Source: an uncultured Verrucomicrobiota bacterium
Lineage (GTDB): Bacteria > Verrucomicrobiota > Verrucomicrobiia > Limisphaerales > UBA8199
Assembly (NCBI GenBank): GCA_964401575.1
Contig: CAYNZC010000002.1
Location: 3,462-67,461 of the forward strand
Direction of reading: 5' to 3'
Length of the DNA: 64,000 bases
Each line of letters begins with the position of its first letter. The first letter of the stretch is position 1. Under the pieces are notes generated by a model, which ran no database searches, was not told where the DNA came from, and saw only the letters and a program-made list of their open reading frames with translations. The position numbers and the translations under genes are program-made. Of this stretch, positions 37,001 through 45,723 are shown piece by piece.

Positions 37001-37605
37001 AGAACCTCAAACGCATCTTCGAACCCTTCTTTACCACCAAGCCCACCGGAAAAGGCACCGGGCTGGGTCTGGCCACCGTGTATGGCATTGTTGATCAGCA
37101 CCAGGGCTGGATTGAAGTGGACAGTGGCCCCAACCAGGGGGCGGAATTCCGGATTTACCTTCCATACCGGGCAGAACAGGTTGACAGACCGGACGAGACC
37201 AACTCCACTTTGACCGTTCGTGGCGGACGTGAAACGATTCTGGTTGTGGAGGATGAGGAACCGGTCCGCGAACTGGTGTGCTCCGTTTTGTTGGCCCATG
37301 GCTACAGAATTCTGAAGGCCGAGTCGGGCCCCAAGGCGCTCGAGGTTTGGCGCACGTCCAAGAAGGAGATTGACCTTCTCCTAACCGATATCGTGATGCC
37401 GGAGCAGATGACAGGGCGTGAGCTTGCCGAAACGCTCCTGGCTGAGCGGCCGGACCTTAAGGTTATTTTCACCAGCGGGTACAGCGCCGATTCGTCCGGC
37501 AAGGATTGTGCGGGACCCAAGAACGCGCCATTCCTGCCGAAGCCCTATCACCCAGGCCGGCTGGTCAAGACCGTTCGGGAGTGCCTGGACACATGCCACA
37601 AATAG
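34036..37605 (+). CDS. Hybrid sensor histidine kinase: REC - PAS x several - GAF - PAS - HisKA - HATPase_c - REC
   Basis: N-terminal receiver (ILHLEDE...LILADYLLPDFDG). Repeated PAS blocks with S(E/D)xR(Y/F)R linkers. H-box GGVAHDFNNIL. N and G boxes (NLAVNSRDAM; GTGLGLATVYG). C-terminal receiver (ILVVEDE...DLLLTDIVMP). Confidence 0.9.
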   Translation: MNRPLQILHLEDEADYSDLVQDLISQEVPSRLTRVSTRTDFEAALAGGPYDLILADYLLPDFDGLSALQIAHQQCPETPFLILSGTMAETEAIETVRRGATDYVLKALPERLLPAVKRAVAESVERTARRNIERELKQNERHFQTFTENVLDVLMITNAEGNLLYSSPSLNNVLGFGPAEVRGRSLMDLVLPSDLETVKAHFGTLRDAPANTLRFDLTLRHKDGTTRELEAVAENRLTDPEIEGIVLTAHDVTEKRRAERELRESEQQYRLIFDGNPNPMWIFDQETLEFLEVNDAAVQHYGYSREEFRSMRLSDLRTDSEDPSPEEYLHRLVPHSSDARLGYAGKWKHVKRDGSVIHVEVKWAPIRFKGRNASLTLINDVTERWRDEKRDSALSKLGQSLNATSHPTEAAQIIRSITDELFTWDVFTLNLYLADSDELLPLVNLDTDRSGNRFEVVVDGGKMAPGGLTRRAIQHGGQLILRPHPAVMGGDSIAIGDKAHASASLMLVPIRNRTKVIGVLSLQSYKQRAYNQRDLQTLQTLADHCGGAIERIRAEQALRESEMRFRELFEGSPDAIFVQDLNGYLLDVNLTACKLHAASREDLIGRHISQLVPESKRAAFASAVPLMASGRLKQIETSSLTWDGAEVPVEISGNRVSYAGKSALLLHVRDISERRRSEEELRSSEMLFHSVWENSVDGMRLTDRDGVVVAVNEAFCRIVGMPRDQIEGKLFTVPYATSENHDYQLKHYRETFAARIVDKQVERRLRLKSGAALILEDTSSYVERKGKEPLLLCLFRDVTAQRKLEEQLRQSQKMEAIGLLAGGVAHDFNNILTVIHGHASLLATQCDPSSTATRSAQQILQAAERAAGLTRQLLTFGRRTMIQPRRLDVNELLANMTKMLGRILGEDIALKLQYSAQPAVILADAGMIEQVLLNLAVNSRDAMPKGGVLFLKTSIQEVSGTQLLEHPDAACGRYVCLSAVDTGCGIPPENLKRIFEPFFTTKPTGKGTGLGLATVYGIVDQHQGWIEVDSGPNQGAEFRIYLPYRAEQVDRPDETNSTLTVRGGRETILVVEDEEPVRELVCSVLLAHGYRILKAESGPKALEVWRTSKKEIDLLLTDIVMPEQMTGRELAETLLAERPDLKVIFTSGYSADSSGKDCAGPKNAPFLPKPYHPGRLVKTVRECLDTCHK

Positions 37606-37745
37606 CCAGGGGACCGGGGATGGTGCGTCGCCAAGCGAGGCGTTTTCACCTTCCGTTCTCCGGGCCGTGCATTTTCAGGCAGCAGCACGCGTCACTCATC
37701 CGGGAACCTGCAGTCCTGGTCCTTAGAGCCGGCTTGGCGCAGGCA

Positions 37746-38765
37746 TCAGCGGTAATCACGAACTACGGGCGCCTCACCCTCGTATGTGACCCACGTCGCC
37801 GAAGAGCCGGGAAAGCGGCGCAGCAGGGACCGTGCATGTGCCGGCCCAAGAATCCGCAAGGCTGTCGCCAAGGGATCCGAGCAGGTCGCGTCGGGTGCCA
37901 CGACCGTGACCTGGGCACGGTTTGTCAGGCCAAGGCCTGTCCGGGTGTCCAGGATGTGCGAATAGCGTGTTCCGCCGATTGCCACGAATTGTTCAGTGTC
38001 GCCTGAGGTGGACACGGCCCGGTTTCGAAGTCTCAACGTCTTTGCCGCCCGCTGGCCGCTGTCTCCCGGCATGGAGATCGCCACCGACCAATGCTTTTGC
38101 CCGGGAGGTGGATCGCCAACGGCAATATCACCGCTGGCGGCGACGAGGCACCGCTGAAAACCCAGCTCTCGCAGTTGCCGTAAAGCGGCATCCGCGGCAT
38201 ACCCCTTTGCGATGCCGCCTGCATCCAACCGCATCCCAGGAACGCTCATGGTTACCGTTCGCTTCTCCGGATCCAGCAACAGCTTCTCATGGCCCACACT
38301 GTGCCGGGCGGCGGCAAGTTCCTCCCCGGAAGGGAGCACCCTCCTCTTCCGCGAAAAGCGCCACAATCGCGTGTAGGGTCCGGCGGTCACATCGAACGCG
38401 CCGACGGTCGCCTCAGATATCCTCCTCGCCCGCCAAAGCACCTCGAACAAATCATAACTCACCCGGGCAGGCACACCGACCGGTTGCTCACGCAAGAGCG
38501 AGAGTTCGCTGTCCGCCTGATAATCGCTAAGAATTTCCTCGAGCCGATCCACGCGGTCAAAGGCGGTGTCGGCTGCGGCTCTGGCCACGTCCGCATCCGC
38601 TGCGAAGATCGTTATTCTGAACTGAGTTCCCATGGCGGCGCGTACAAAGACATGTTTTCGGAGCGGCTGCTCCGGGACCGGTGTGCGGCAAGCGGACAGC
38701 ATCAGCAACAGTGCGACTGCCATCAGCGCGCAAAGCTTTTTTGATAAGGTGAGACTTGAATTCAC
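37746..38765 (-). CDS. apbE: FAD:protein FMN transferase (ApbE family) lipoprotein
   Basis: ApbE-like core (MGTQFRITI...DAGGIAKGYAAD...SGD...RYSHILD). Lipoprotein signal KKLCALMAVALLLMLSAC. I prefer GTG 38765 because a hairpin occupies 38772-38803; alternatives are ATG 38723 and TTG 38825. Confidence 0.85.
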   Translation of the reverse strand: MNSSLTLSKKLCALMAVALLLMLSACRTPVPEQPLRKHVFVRAAMGTQFRITIFAADADVARAAADTAFDRVDRLEEILSDYQADSELSLLREQPVGVPARVSYDLFEVLWRARRISEATVGAFDVTAGPYTRLWRFSRKRRVLPSGEELAAARHSVGHEKLLLDPEKRTVTMSVPGMRLDAGGIAKGYAADAALRQLRELGFQRCLVAASGDIAVGDPPPGQKHWSVAISMPGDSGQRAAKTLRLRNRAVSTSGDTEQFVAIGGTRYSHILDTRTGLGLTNRAQVTVVAPDATCSDPLATALRILGPAHARSLLRRFPGSSATWVTYEGEAPVVRDYR

Positions 38766-38771
38766 GATGAA

Positions 38772-38803
38772 AAGGCCGGCCCGTCGAAGAACGAGCCGGC
38801 CTT
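38772..38803 (-). terminator. GC-rich hairpin between the Gfo/Idh/MocA gene and apbE (partial terminator or processing/stability element)
   Basis: AAGGCCGGC (38772-38780) / GCCGGCCTT (38795-38803) with a 14-nt loop. On the minus strand the stem runs into TTTTCATC immediately before GTG 38765. Confidence 0.35.
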
Positions 38804-38821
38804 GCGACAGAAAAAGGATTC

Positions 38822-40153
38822 TCAAGCCTTCAGTTCCGCAAAGACCGGTGGGTCAGCGAAAATATCGTGCTGGCTTGGCATGGGCGGACGCAGTGTCCGA
38901 AACGGCCCGAACTTCAGAGCGGAAGCATTCTCGTACAGGTCGGCCGGACCATAAGCGAACTTGGAATTGAGGGCCGTTTCCCAATCCACCTCCTTGCCGC
39001 TGTAGGCGGCCTCGCGCCCCATGATTGCGGTCAATGTGCTGTCGGTGACGCGAGCGGCCTCGTTGAGGTCTGTGTTTTTGACGATCGCGTTGATGAGGTC
39101 CACATGCTCCTGGACAAACGGGTTGGTTGCCTCCTCCCGATAGCGCCACATAGTGCCATCATTCTTGCGGATGGACCCGGACGGGTTGGAGGTGCCCTTC
39201 ACGCATTGAACGGCCTCGCTGACGTTGGATTTGTCCCGTTTGATCTGGCCGCAGTAGCTGTACATCCGAATCCCGTTGGCGTACTCGAACTCGACGGCGA
39301 AGTTATCCCAAATCTCACCCGGTTTATCGCCGAGCTGCTGGCGGGCGCCCATACCCCAGCACTTCACCGGGTGCGCGTCATCCATCAGCCAGTTGCAGAC
39401 GTCAATGTTATGGACGTGCTGCTCGACAATGTGATCGCCGCAAGTCCAGATATAGTGGTACCAGTTCCGAATCTGCCGTTCGATTTCGGAGTCTCCCTGC
39501 AGACCTCGATGCCATATCGGACCGCCGTTCACCCAGTAGGCCCGGAGGCTCATGACATCGCCGATCTCACCCGCCTTGATTCTTTTGATGGTCTCGATAT
39601 AGGGCGCGGAGTGACGCCGCTGGGTGCCGACGGCAACCTTCAGTCCCTTCTTCTTTGCGGCCTCGGCAGCCTCGTACATGATACGGCAGCCGGGTCCGTC
39701 CACTGCGACCGGTTTTTCGGCAAAAATGTTTTTTCCGGCCGCCACAGCCGCCTTGAAGTAAGCGGGTCTGAACCCGGGCGGGGTTGCCAGGATAACGTAG
39801 TTCACCCCGGGCTGATTCAGCGCTTTGAGGTAACCATCAAACCCGGTGAAAAACCTTTCCTGGGGCACGCCATAGGCTTCCGCCGCCCTGGCCGCCTTTG
39901 TGGGGAACAAATCGGCAACAGCGACGATGCTTCCCTGCACGCCGGCCACGCCGCACGCTTCGAGAAAGTTGCTCGCCGCGCCTTCGCCACGACCCCCGAA
40001 CCCGATGACGACGGCATTCATTTTGACTGCATTTTGGGCAAGGGCAATGCCCGGAAATGCGGCTATTGCGGCAGCTGAAGCGGTCATCAATGAGGTGTTT
40101 CTTAGAAACTCCCTGCGCGATTGCGCCGGGCCGATACTCTTTTGGTTTTGCAT
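38822..40153 (-). CDS. Tat-signal Gfo/Idh/MocA family oxidoreductase
   Basis: Tat motif QSRREFLRNTSLMTASAAAIAAF, Rossmann segment MNAVVIGFGGRGEGAA and EKP motif IFAEKPVA. Confidence 0.85.
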   Translation of the reverse strand: MQNQKSIGPAQSRREFLRNTSLMTASAAAIAAFPGIALAQNAVKMNAVVIGFGGRGEGAASNFLEACGVAGVQGSIVAVADLFPTKAARAAEAYGVPQERFFTGFDGYLKALNQPGVNYVILATPPGFRPAYFKAAVAAGKNIFAEKPVAVDGPGCRIMYEAAEAAKKKGLKVAVGTQRRHSAPYIETIKRIKAGEIGDVMSLRAYWVNGGPIWHRGLQGDSEIERQIRNWYHYIWTCGDHIVEQHVHNIDVCNWLMDDAHPVKCWGMGARQQLGDKPGEIWDNFAVEFEYANGIRMYSYCGQIKRDKSNVSEAVQCVKGTSNPSGSIRKNDGTMWRYREEATNPFVQEHVDLINAIVKNTDLNEAARVTDSTLTAIMGREAAYSGKEVDWETALNSKFAYGPADLYENASALKFGPFRTLRPPMPSQHDIFADPPVFAELKA

Positions 40154-40201
40154 GGTTTGATCTCAGTTACTCGGGCGGCGCAAGCCGCCCGGATTGTTTT
40201 T

Positions 40202-42352
40202 CTAATCCCTTTCCACCCCGCTCGTCCAGAACTTCTGCATTTCCTCGGGTGGCGGCACTTTTAAGGGACGCACGACTCTGAAACCCACGAATTGCGCGTC
40301 CGAAAAATACCAGATGCTCTTGGGGAGCTGCGGATCCTGCATCTTCCACGAACGATCCGAGCCGCGCCGGGCCGCGCTGCGGCAGCTTGCCTCCGGGTCA
40401 TCCCAGGAGCCGCCGCGCACCGCGTGTGGATACGGCCTGGTGGCCTTGTTCCATGGATCTATCACAACGGCGGTCGCCGACGTTTTGTAAAAGTCCGGGT
40501 CGTACTGATCAAGCACCCACTCGACCACGTTGCCGCACATATCATGAAGGCCCCACGGGTTGGGCTTCTTTTTGCCAACCTTCTGGTATTTGAAATCGCT
40601 GTTCATTTCGAACCAGCCGTATTCGGCAAGTTTCGAGGAATCCTCACCAAAGAAGTAGGCGGTGGTCGTGCCGGCCCGGCACGCGTATTCCCATTCCGCC
40701 TCCGTCGGCAGCCGATAAAACTCGCCGGTCTTGGCGCTCAGCCACTGGCAATACTTGTTGGCTGCGTGCTGAGTCATGCTGATGGCCGGGAAACCCTCCT
40801 TGCCCATGCCGAAGCTCATTTCAACGTACGGTCTTGATGGATGTGTCACCGCGTCCGCCAGCTTGTCTCCATCCGGATCCGTCGCAACGGTCGTCCGTGA
40901 CCGCTTTTCCTCGTCCGGGTACATGAACAATTCATATTCGTTCCATGTGACTTCGCACTGCCCCATCCAGAACGGAGAGATTTTGACCTTGTGCTGCGGG
41001 CCTTCGTCAGGCTTGCGCTTTGCCTCGGACTCGGGGCTGCCCATCGTGAATTCCCCGCCCTTGATGGGGACCATAACGTAGGTGACGCGTGTGCCCGGTA
41101 TGGTGTTGGTGTAGAATTGCATCCCGCCTTCATCCTTCACGGTCGTTTTTTTGACGATCCTGGAGTGGATGTCGGGAATGGTGACGTTGTCGTTGTCTGA
41201 TAGGGATGAAAGCCCACCATAGGGTCCCGCCTTGGCGCCCGAAGCATCGAGTGTGTAAAGGTTGTAGCGGGTTGAGAATCTTCCATTCGGAGAGCTGGCG
41301 AACAGAGCAAGCCCCGCCGGCGTATCCATGACCCCGGTGATCACGTTGTTCGTCGAAACCAGCGTGGAGGAAGGCTGCACAGCGTTTCCCGCGCAGCGGA
41401 AAAGAGCGGCTTTCTCACCCTTGGCATTAACGGCCAGGATGTGGCCTTCGAGAACCAGCACTTCTTTCACAGGTTCGACCAGGTCCAACATCGTTTCCTT
41501 GCCCAATTGAAGTTTGTCGCCAGTCCGCCCAATCGTGCGCAGGGTGACCTTTGACTGGCCCGGCTGGTAAAACACAAAATCCACGCTTTCCTTGACCAGG
41601 CTACCCACCGCGTATTCCGCATCCGCGGGCAGTCCAGCGGCTTCGATCACACGCACTGCCTTTCCAGTGGTCAAATCCTCAATCACAAACTTGCTCGATT
41701 GCTCCTCCCGGATGATCCCGCAGAGGTAATCCGGCCCCCCTGCCCTCAGGACCAGGCGGCTCCCGCGCAATAAAGGGCCTTTGAGCGTCGCCTCCCCGAC
41801 TTTTGGAAAACCGGCTGCGTCGTTTCGGTGCAGCGTCGCAAGGTTCTCGTCCGGCGAGTTGTAAATACTGCCCACAACCAGGTCGGCCACGGGTGTATTA
41901 CCCTCACCGCCGATGTCCAGAGCAACAACGTTGTTCGGGCCGAGCGCATCGGCAAATGGCACAGATACGGGCTTCTGCGGCGCGGCTGGACTCGAGGCCT
42001 CGACGATCGAGAAACCATTGGCGTCCGGCGAGGTGAACACCAGGGCTGGCACATCCGTGTTCAACAGGTTGCCGATACTGAAACCCGAAACGGACTTGAT
42101 ATTCCCGTTCCGGCAGTCCACCCAATCGTAAAGACCGTTCACCCCGAGATAACCAACGCGGAACTTGCCCGAGGCCTTATCCACAATGACGATATCTTTG
42201 CGGCCATCCTTGTTGAAATCGGCACTGCCAAAGAATTCGAGGGGCGTCTCCCGGATCAGGCCGGGCTGGTCGCCAAACGCCTGGCTCAGGAAGATGGATA
42301 AAACAAGGGATGCGACTCCCCAGGAACGTCCAACGTAAGCAGCTTTTATCAT
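40202..42352 (-). CDS. Secreted FG-GAP/VCBS-like repeat region fused to a formylglycine-generating-enzyme (SUMF1/FGE-sulfatase) domain
   Basis: Signal peptide. N-terminal segments such as FNKDGRKDIVIVD and VPALVFTSPDANG. C-terminal FGE-family motifs (PFWMGQCEVTW.EY, YRLPTEAEWEYACRAG, GLHDMCGNVVEWV, VRGGSWDD). Confidence 0.85.
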   Translation of the reverse strand: MIKAAYVGRSWGVASLVLSIFLSQAFGDQPGLIRETPLEFFGSADFNKDGRKDIVIVDKASGKFRVGYLGVNGLYDWVDCRNGNIKSVSGFSIGNLLNTDVPALVFTSPDANGFSIVEASSPAAPQKPVSVPFADALGPNNVVALDIGGEGNTPVADLVVGSIYNSPDENLATLHRNDAAGFPKVGEATLKGPLLRGSRLVLRAGGPDYLCGIIREEQSSKFVIEDLTTGKAVRVIEAAGLPADAEYAVGSLVKESVDFVFYQPGQSKVTLRTIGRTGDKLQLGKETMLDLVEPVKEVLVLEGHILAVNAKGEKAALFRCAGNAVQPSSTLVSTNNVITGVMDTPAGLALFASSPNGRFSTRYNLYTLDASGAKAGPYGGLSSLSDNDNVTIPDIHSRIVKKTTVKDEGGMQFYTNTIPGTRVTYVMVPIKGGEFTMGSPESEAKRKPDEGPQHKVKISPFWMGQCEVTWNEYELFMYPDEEKRSRTTVATDPDGDKLADAVTHPSRPYVEMSFGMGKEGFPAISMTQHAANKYCQWLSAKTGEFYRLPTEAEWEYACRAGTTTAYFFGEDSSKLAEYGWFEMNSDFKYQKVGKKKPNPWGLHDMCGNVVEWVLDQYDPDFYKTSATAVVIDPWNKATRPYPHAVRGGSWDDPEASCRSAARRGSDRSWKMQDPQLPKSIWYFSDAQFVGFRVVRPLKVPPPEEMQKFWTSGVERD

Positions 42353-42407
42353 AGCTTAAGCAGTGCCAGTGTTTACACCGGCTGAGTTGGTGTCAAGTAA
42401 ATCGGCC

Positions 42408-43439
42408 TTAGCAGCCCGCCAGCGGCCACGAAGGCCGAATGTCGGCATCCAGCATTCCCGGCACACTCGCCGCGTGCCATTTTTGTTCTGCAAGCACACC
42501 GATCATGGCAGCATTGTCTGTGCAGAGGCTCGGCTCTGCCACGCGCAATTCCATACCCTCGCGAGCGCACGCCTCACCCAGCCGCGCCCGCAGTTCGCGG
42601 TTGCAGGTCACCCCGCCTGAAGCCGTTACACATCGGACGTTCAAACGGCGTGCAGCCTTCAATGTTTTGCCGACGAGCACGTCCACAATCGCCCGCTGTA
42701 TGCTCGCGCAGAGATCCCGCAACCCCTGTTCGGAGCTCACCAGAGCAGGGTTGTCTCTCAGGCGGTATCGGATGGAGGTTTTCAGCCCGCTGAAACTGAA
42801 GTCATCCGAGCTTTCCTTAAGCATGGGACGCGGAAAATCAAACGCACCGGGATCGCCATTTGCGGCGAGTTCGTCAATTCTCGGCCCTGCCGGGTAAGGC
42901 AGTCCCATGAGCTTGCCCGCCTTGTCAAAGCATTCCCCGGCGGCATCATCCACGGTGGAACCAAGAACGACATGGCGCATCAGACCCTGCACATGCACCA
43001 GCATGGTATGGCCACCGCTGACAATGAGCGACACGTTGGGCTGAAAACGCCCGAAGTCGGCCACGGGAGGGTTGCCCCGGATCCAGGATGAATAGAGATG
43101 GGCCTCATGATGGTGGATTCCGAAGAAGGGCCTGCGCAAGGCGTAGGCGGTCGCCTGCGCTGCCTTCAGTCCCGCCATCAATGCGCCCGGGAGCCCTGGC
43201 CCGCGGGTTGCCGCAACCGCTTCAATGGCCTCAACAGTTATCCCGGCAAGTCGCAATGCTTCCCGCGCGATGGGCAGCAGATTGCGTAAATGCTCGCGTG
43301 CGGCTAATTCCGGAACCACGCCTCCATACTCGATGTGGAGGCGGATCTGCGAAGAGACGGGATTCGAAAGAACGCGGCCATTGTGCACGACAGCCGCGCT
43401 GGTTTCATCGCAAGAAGTTTCAAAAGCGAGCAAGGGCAT
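42408..43439 (-). CDS. tsaD: tRNA N6-adenosine threonylcarbamoyltransferase
   Basis: LAFETSCDETSAAV, HH.EAHL and SGGVTCN match the Kae1/TsaD pattern. Confidence 0.92.
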   Translation of the reverse strand: MPLLAFETSCDETSAAVVHNGRVLSNPVSSQIRLHIEYGGVVPELAAREHLRNLLPIAREALRLAGITVEAIEAVAATRGPGLPGALMAGLKAAQATAYALRRPFFGIHHHEAHLYSSWIRGNPPVADFGRFQPNVSLIVSGGHTMLVHVQGLMRHVVLGSTVDDAAGECFDKAGKLMGLPYPAGPRIDELAANGDPGAFDFPRPMLKESSDDFSFSGLKTSIRYRLRDNPALVSSEQGLRDLCASIQRAIVDVLVGKTLKAARRLNVRCVTASGGVTCNRELRARLGEACAREGMELRVAEPSLCTDNAAMIGVLAEQKWHAASVPGMLDADIRPSWPLAGC

Positions 43440-43454
43440 GGGGGCGAACCCGGC

Positions 43455-44786
43455 TCAGTTGGCGCCCACACCTGTTCCCTGGGCCATCCGCCGCGATGGC
43501 TCGGATGAGCGTCCCGTGAAAAGCGTGATGCCTTTCAGAAGATCGAAGGCGCGGTCCAGTTGCGGGTCTCGCGCGTTCAAGATCCGCGATCGTTCCGGTT
43601 CCTCCAAAGATTCCACCCCCCCGGGCGCCCGCATCATGATCACATCCAATTCCTCCTGTTCGTTCAGGGGCACGAGAATATCCGGCGTGATGCCCTCGCC
43701 GTGAATAACCTTGTGACTGGGTGTGTAGTATTTGGCGGTGGTTAACCGAAGCGCCGAGCCGTCCTGCAACGGAAGAATACTTTGAACCGAGCCTTTCCCG
43801 AAAGTGGTTTCCCCAAGGATGATGGCCCGATTAAGGTCCTGAAGACAGCCCGCCACGATTTCCGATGCGCTCGCGCTGCCAAGGTTCACAATCACCACGA
43901 TCGGCATACCGTTCAACTCGTCACCGCGTCCGCGAGCCCTGCGAACCGAATTCTGCGAAGGATTGGCGCCTTCAGTCGTCACCACGACCTGCCCGCGCGG
44001 CAGAAATTTCTCGCAGACATCCACCGCCTGCTCAAGAAGACCGCCCGGATTCCACCTCAGGTCCAGGACCAGCGCCTGCATGCCCTGAGCCTTGAGTTTC
44101 TTCAGCGCCCTTTCGAGTTCGTCCGCCGTCCTTTCTCCGAACTGGACCAGGCGGACATACCCGATCTTGTTTTCGCTCAACGGAAACTCCTTCCGGTTGT
44201 TGATGTCCTTGACCATGTCCACGTTAATGATGGCCCGGGTCAGTTTGTACTCCTTCACCTTGCCGGTGGAGGGCCTCAGGATGGTCAACCGCACGGTCGT
44301 GCCCGGTTCGCCCCGCAGATACTTGACGGCATCCTGCAGCGACAGCTTGTCCGTGCTTCGGTCATCAATCTGCATGATCCGGTCTCCAGACATGATCCCC
44401 GCCTTGAAACCGGGACTGTCTTCCATGGGAGAGACAACGGTAAGGAAATTGTCCTTGGCCGAAACGACGATTCCCAGCCCGCCAAAAGCGCCCTGCGTGT
44501 CATTTTGAAGCTCTTTATACTTGGCCGGCTCCATGAATTCGCTGTGAGGATCGAGCGTGGTGAGCATGCCTTTGAGGGCGCCGTACACCAGGTCCTTGTA
44601 GGTCAGCTTCTTGCCGTCCACATGGTCCTTGCGGATGCGCTCCATGACAAAGGAGAACAGCTCGAGGCTCGGATATGCCGAGTCCTTTTGCGCCGCCTGA
44701 GCGGAGGAGATATAAACACTGGCGCCGATCAGCAGGTTCAGGCAAAGAACCAACGCGACAGCACCGAAAATCAAACGACGTTTCAT
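43455..44786 (-). CDS. Carboxy-terminal processing peptidase (S41 family)
   Basis: Signal/TM segment at ATG 44786 (MKRRLIFGAVALVLCL). PDZ segment (GLGIVV...GDRIMQIDD). S41 motifs (GSASASEI; TFGKGSVQ). Confidence 0.85.
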   Translation of the reverse strand: MKRRLIFGAVALVLCLNLLIGASVYISSAQAAQKDSAYPSLELFSFVMERIRKDHVDGKKLTYKDLVYGALKGMLTTLDPHSEFMEPAKYKELQNDTQGAFGGLGIVVSAKDNFLTVVSPMEDSPGFKAGIMSGDRIMQIDDRSTDKLSLQDAVKYLRGEPGTTVRLTILRPSTGKVKEYKLTRAIINVDMVKDINNRKEFPLSENKIGYVRLVQFGERTADELERALKKLKAQGMQALVLDLRWNPGGLLEQAVDVCEKFLPRGQVVVTTEGANPSQNSVRRARGRGDELNGMPIVVIVNLGSASASEIVAGCLQDLNRAIILGETTFGKGSVQSILPLQDGSALRLTTAKYYTPSHKVIHGEGITPDILVPLNEQEELDVIMMRAPGGVESLEEPERSRILNARDPQLDRAFDLLKGITLFTGRSSEPSRRMAQGTGVGAN

Positions 44787-44834
44787 AGTCCGTCCGTAAC
44801 CTACCAAGCCCTGAAAGGAAAATCGAGGAGCGAA

Positions 44835-45713
44835 CTACCTGGATTTTCTGAGGTGTTCGTCAAACCAGTCGGCGAAGATTCCCATGTCCTTGTCCATGCC
44901 GGCCCAGCCATGGAGTTTGCCCTCGCGAACGTCCAGCCGTGCTATGGCTCCGGCCTGCCTGGACTTTTCCACAAAGGTTTGCGCCTGGCGCAGCGGCACC
45001 AACTTGTCCGCGTCACCGTGTAGGATCAAAACGGGCGGCTGGTTCGAGCGAACGAAATAGATGGGCGATATTTCTCTGCCGAACTCGCGTCTCTTCTCAA
45101 CGTCGGGCATGTCGCCGCCGAAAGCAGCTTTGAAATTCTTGAGCCTGCCGATTCCAACCGCCTCCTCGCCCGCCTCGCCGTAGTTCAGGAAATCTGTTGG
45201 CGGAAAGAAGCAAGCCACCGCCTGCACCTCGCTGCTTTGCCGCTCGACTGCATCCTTTGCCATCGCATTCCCCGGCCCGCCTTTCACAGCCATTGTCAAC
45301 GACAAGTGTCCGCCCGCGCTGGCCCCCGTCATCCCGAGCTTGTCCGGCGCGATTCCAAACCGATCCGCATTTGCGCGCACAAACCGCACCGCGCGGTGGA
45401 TGTCCTGCACGATCTCGGGAATCGTGAACTTGGGTTGGGACCCGTGGACCACCGCGAAAACCGTGTAGCCGTGCTCCAGCAACGATTTGAAGAAGGCGGG
45501 ATTAATGGCATCGTGCGAAGAGAACCAGCCACCGCTGATCAGGACCAGGACTCCACAGCCATTTGCCCGGGCCGGCGTGAACACATCCAGCGTGAGGGCC
45601 GTGCCGTGCTTGCGACCGTAGATAACGTCCTCCGTCCGAGTATAGTCGTTGTCAGCCGCCGCGCAGGAGAGGATGGCGACGGTCCAAATAAGGAACCAAA
45701 GCTTCGCTTTCAA
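44835..45713 (-). CDS. Alpha/beta hydrolase (esterase/lipase-like), secreted
   Basis: Nucleophile elbow GASAGGHLS and oxyanion region LISGGWF. Signal peptide if started at TTG 45713 (MKAKLWFLIWTVAILSCAAA). The ORF-track start at 45770 overlaps the upstream gene by 47 nt. Confidence 0.75.
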   Translation of the reverse strand: MKAKLWFLIWTVAILSCAAADNDYTRTEDVIYGRKHGTALTLDVFTPARANGCGVLVLISGGWFSSHDAINPAFFKSLLEHGYTVFAVVHGSQPKFTIPEIVQDIHRAVRFVRANADRFGIAPDKLGMTGASAGGHLSLTMAVKGGPGNAMAKDAVERQSSEVQAVACFFPPTDFLNYGEAGEEAVGIGRLKNFKAAFGGDMPDVEKRREFGREISPIYFVRSNQPPVLILHGDADKLVPLRQAQTFVEKSRQAGAIARLDVREGKLHGWAGMDKDMGIFADWFDEHLRKSR

Positions 45714-45723
45714 CAGGACGAGT

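Noticed and set aside
38766-38825. TTG start at 38825 giving a TTGA overlap of apbE with the upstream oxidoreductase stop
   Set aside because: This stretch forms a 9-bp GC hairpin with a T-run. The lipoprotein signal (KKLCALMAVALLLMLSAC) begins just after GTG 38765, so the extension is probably untranslated.
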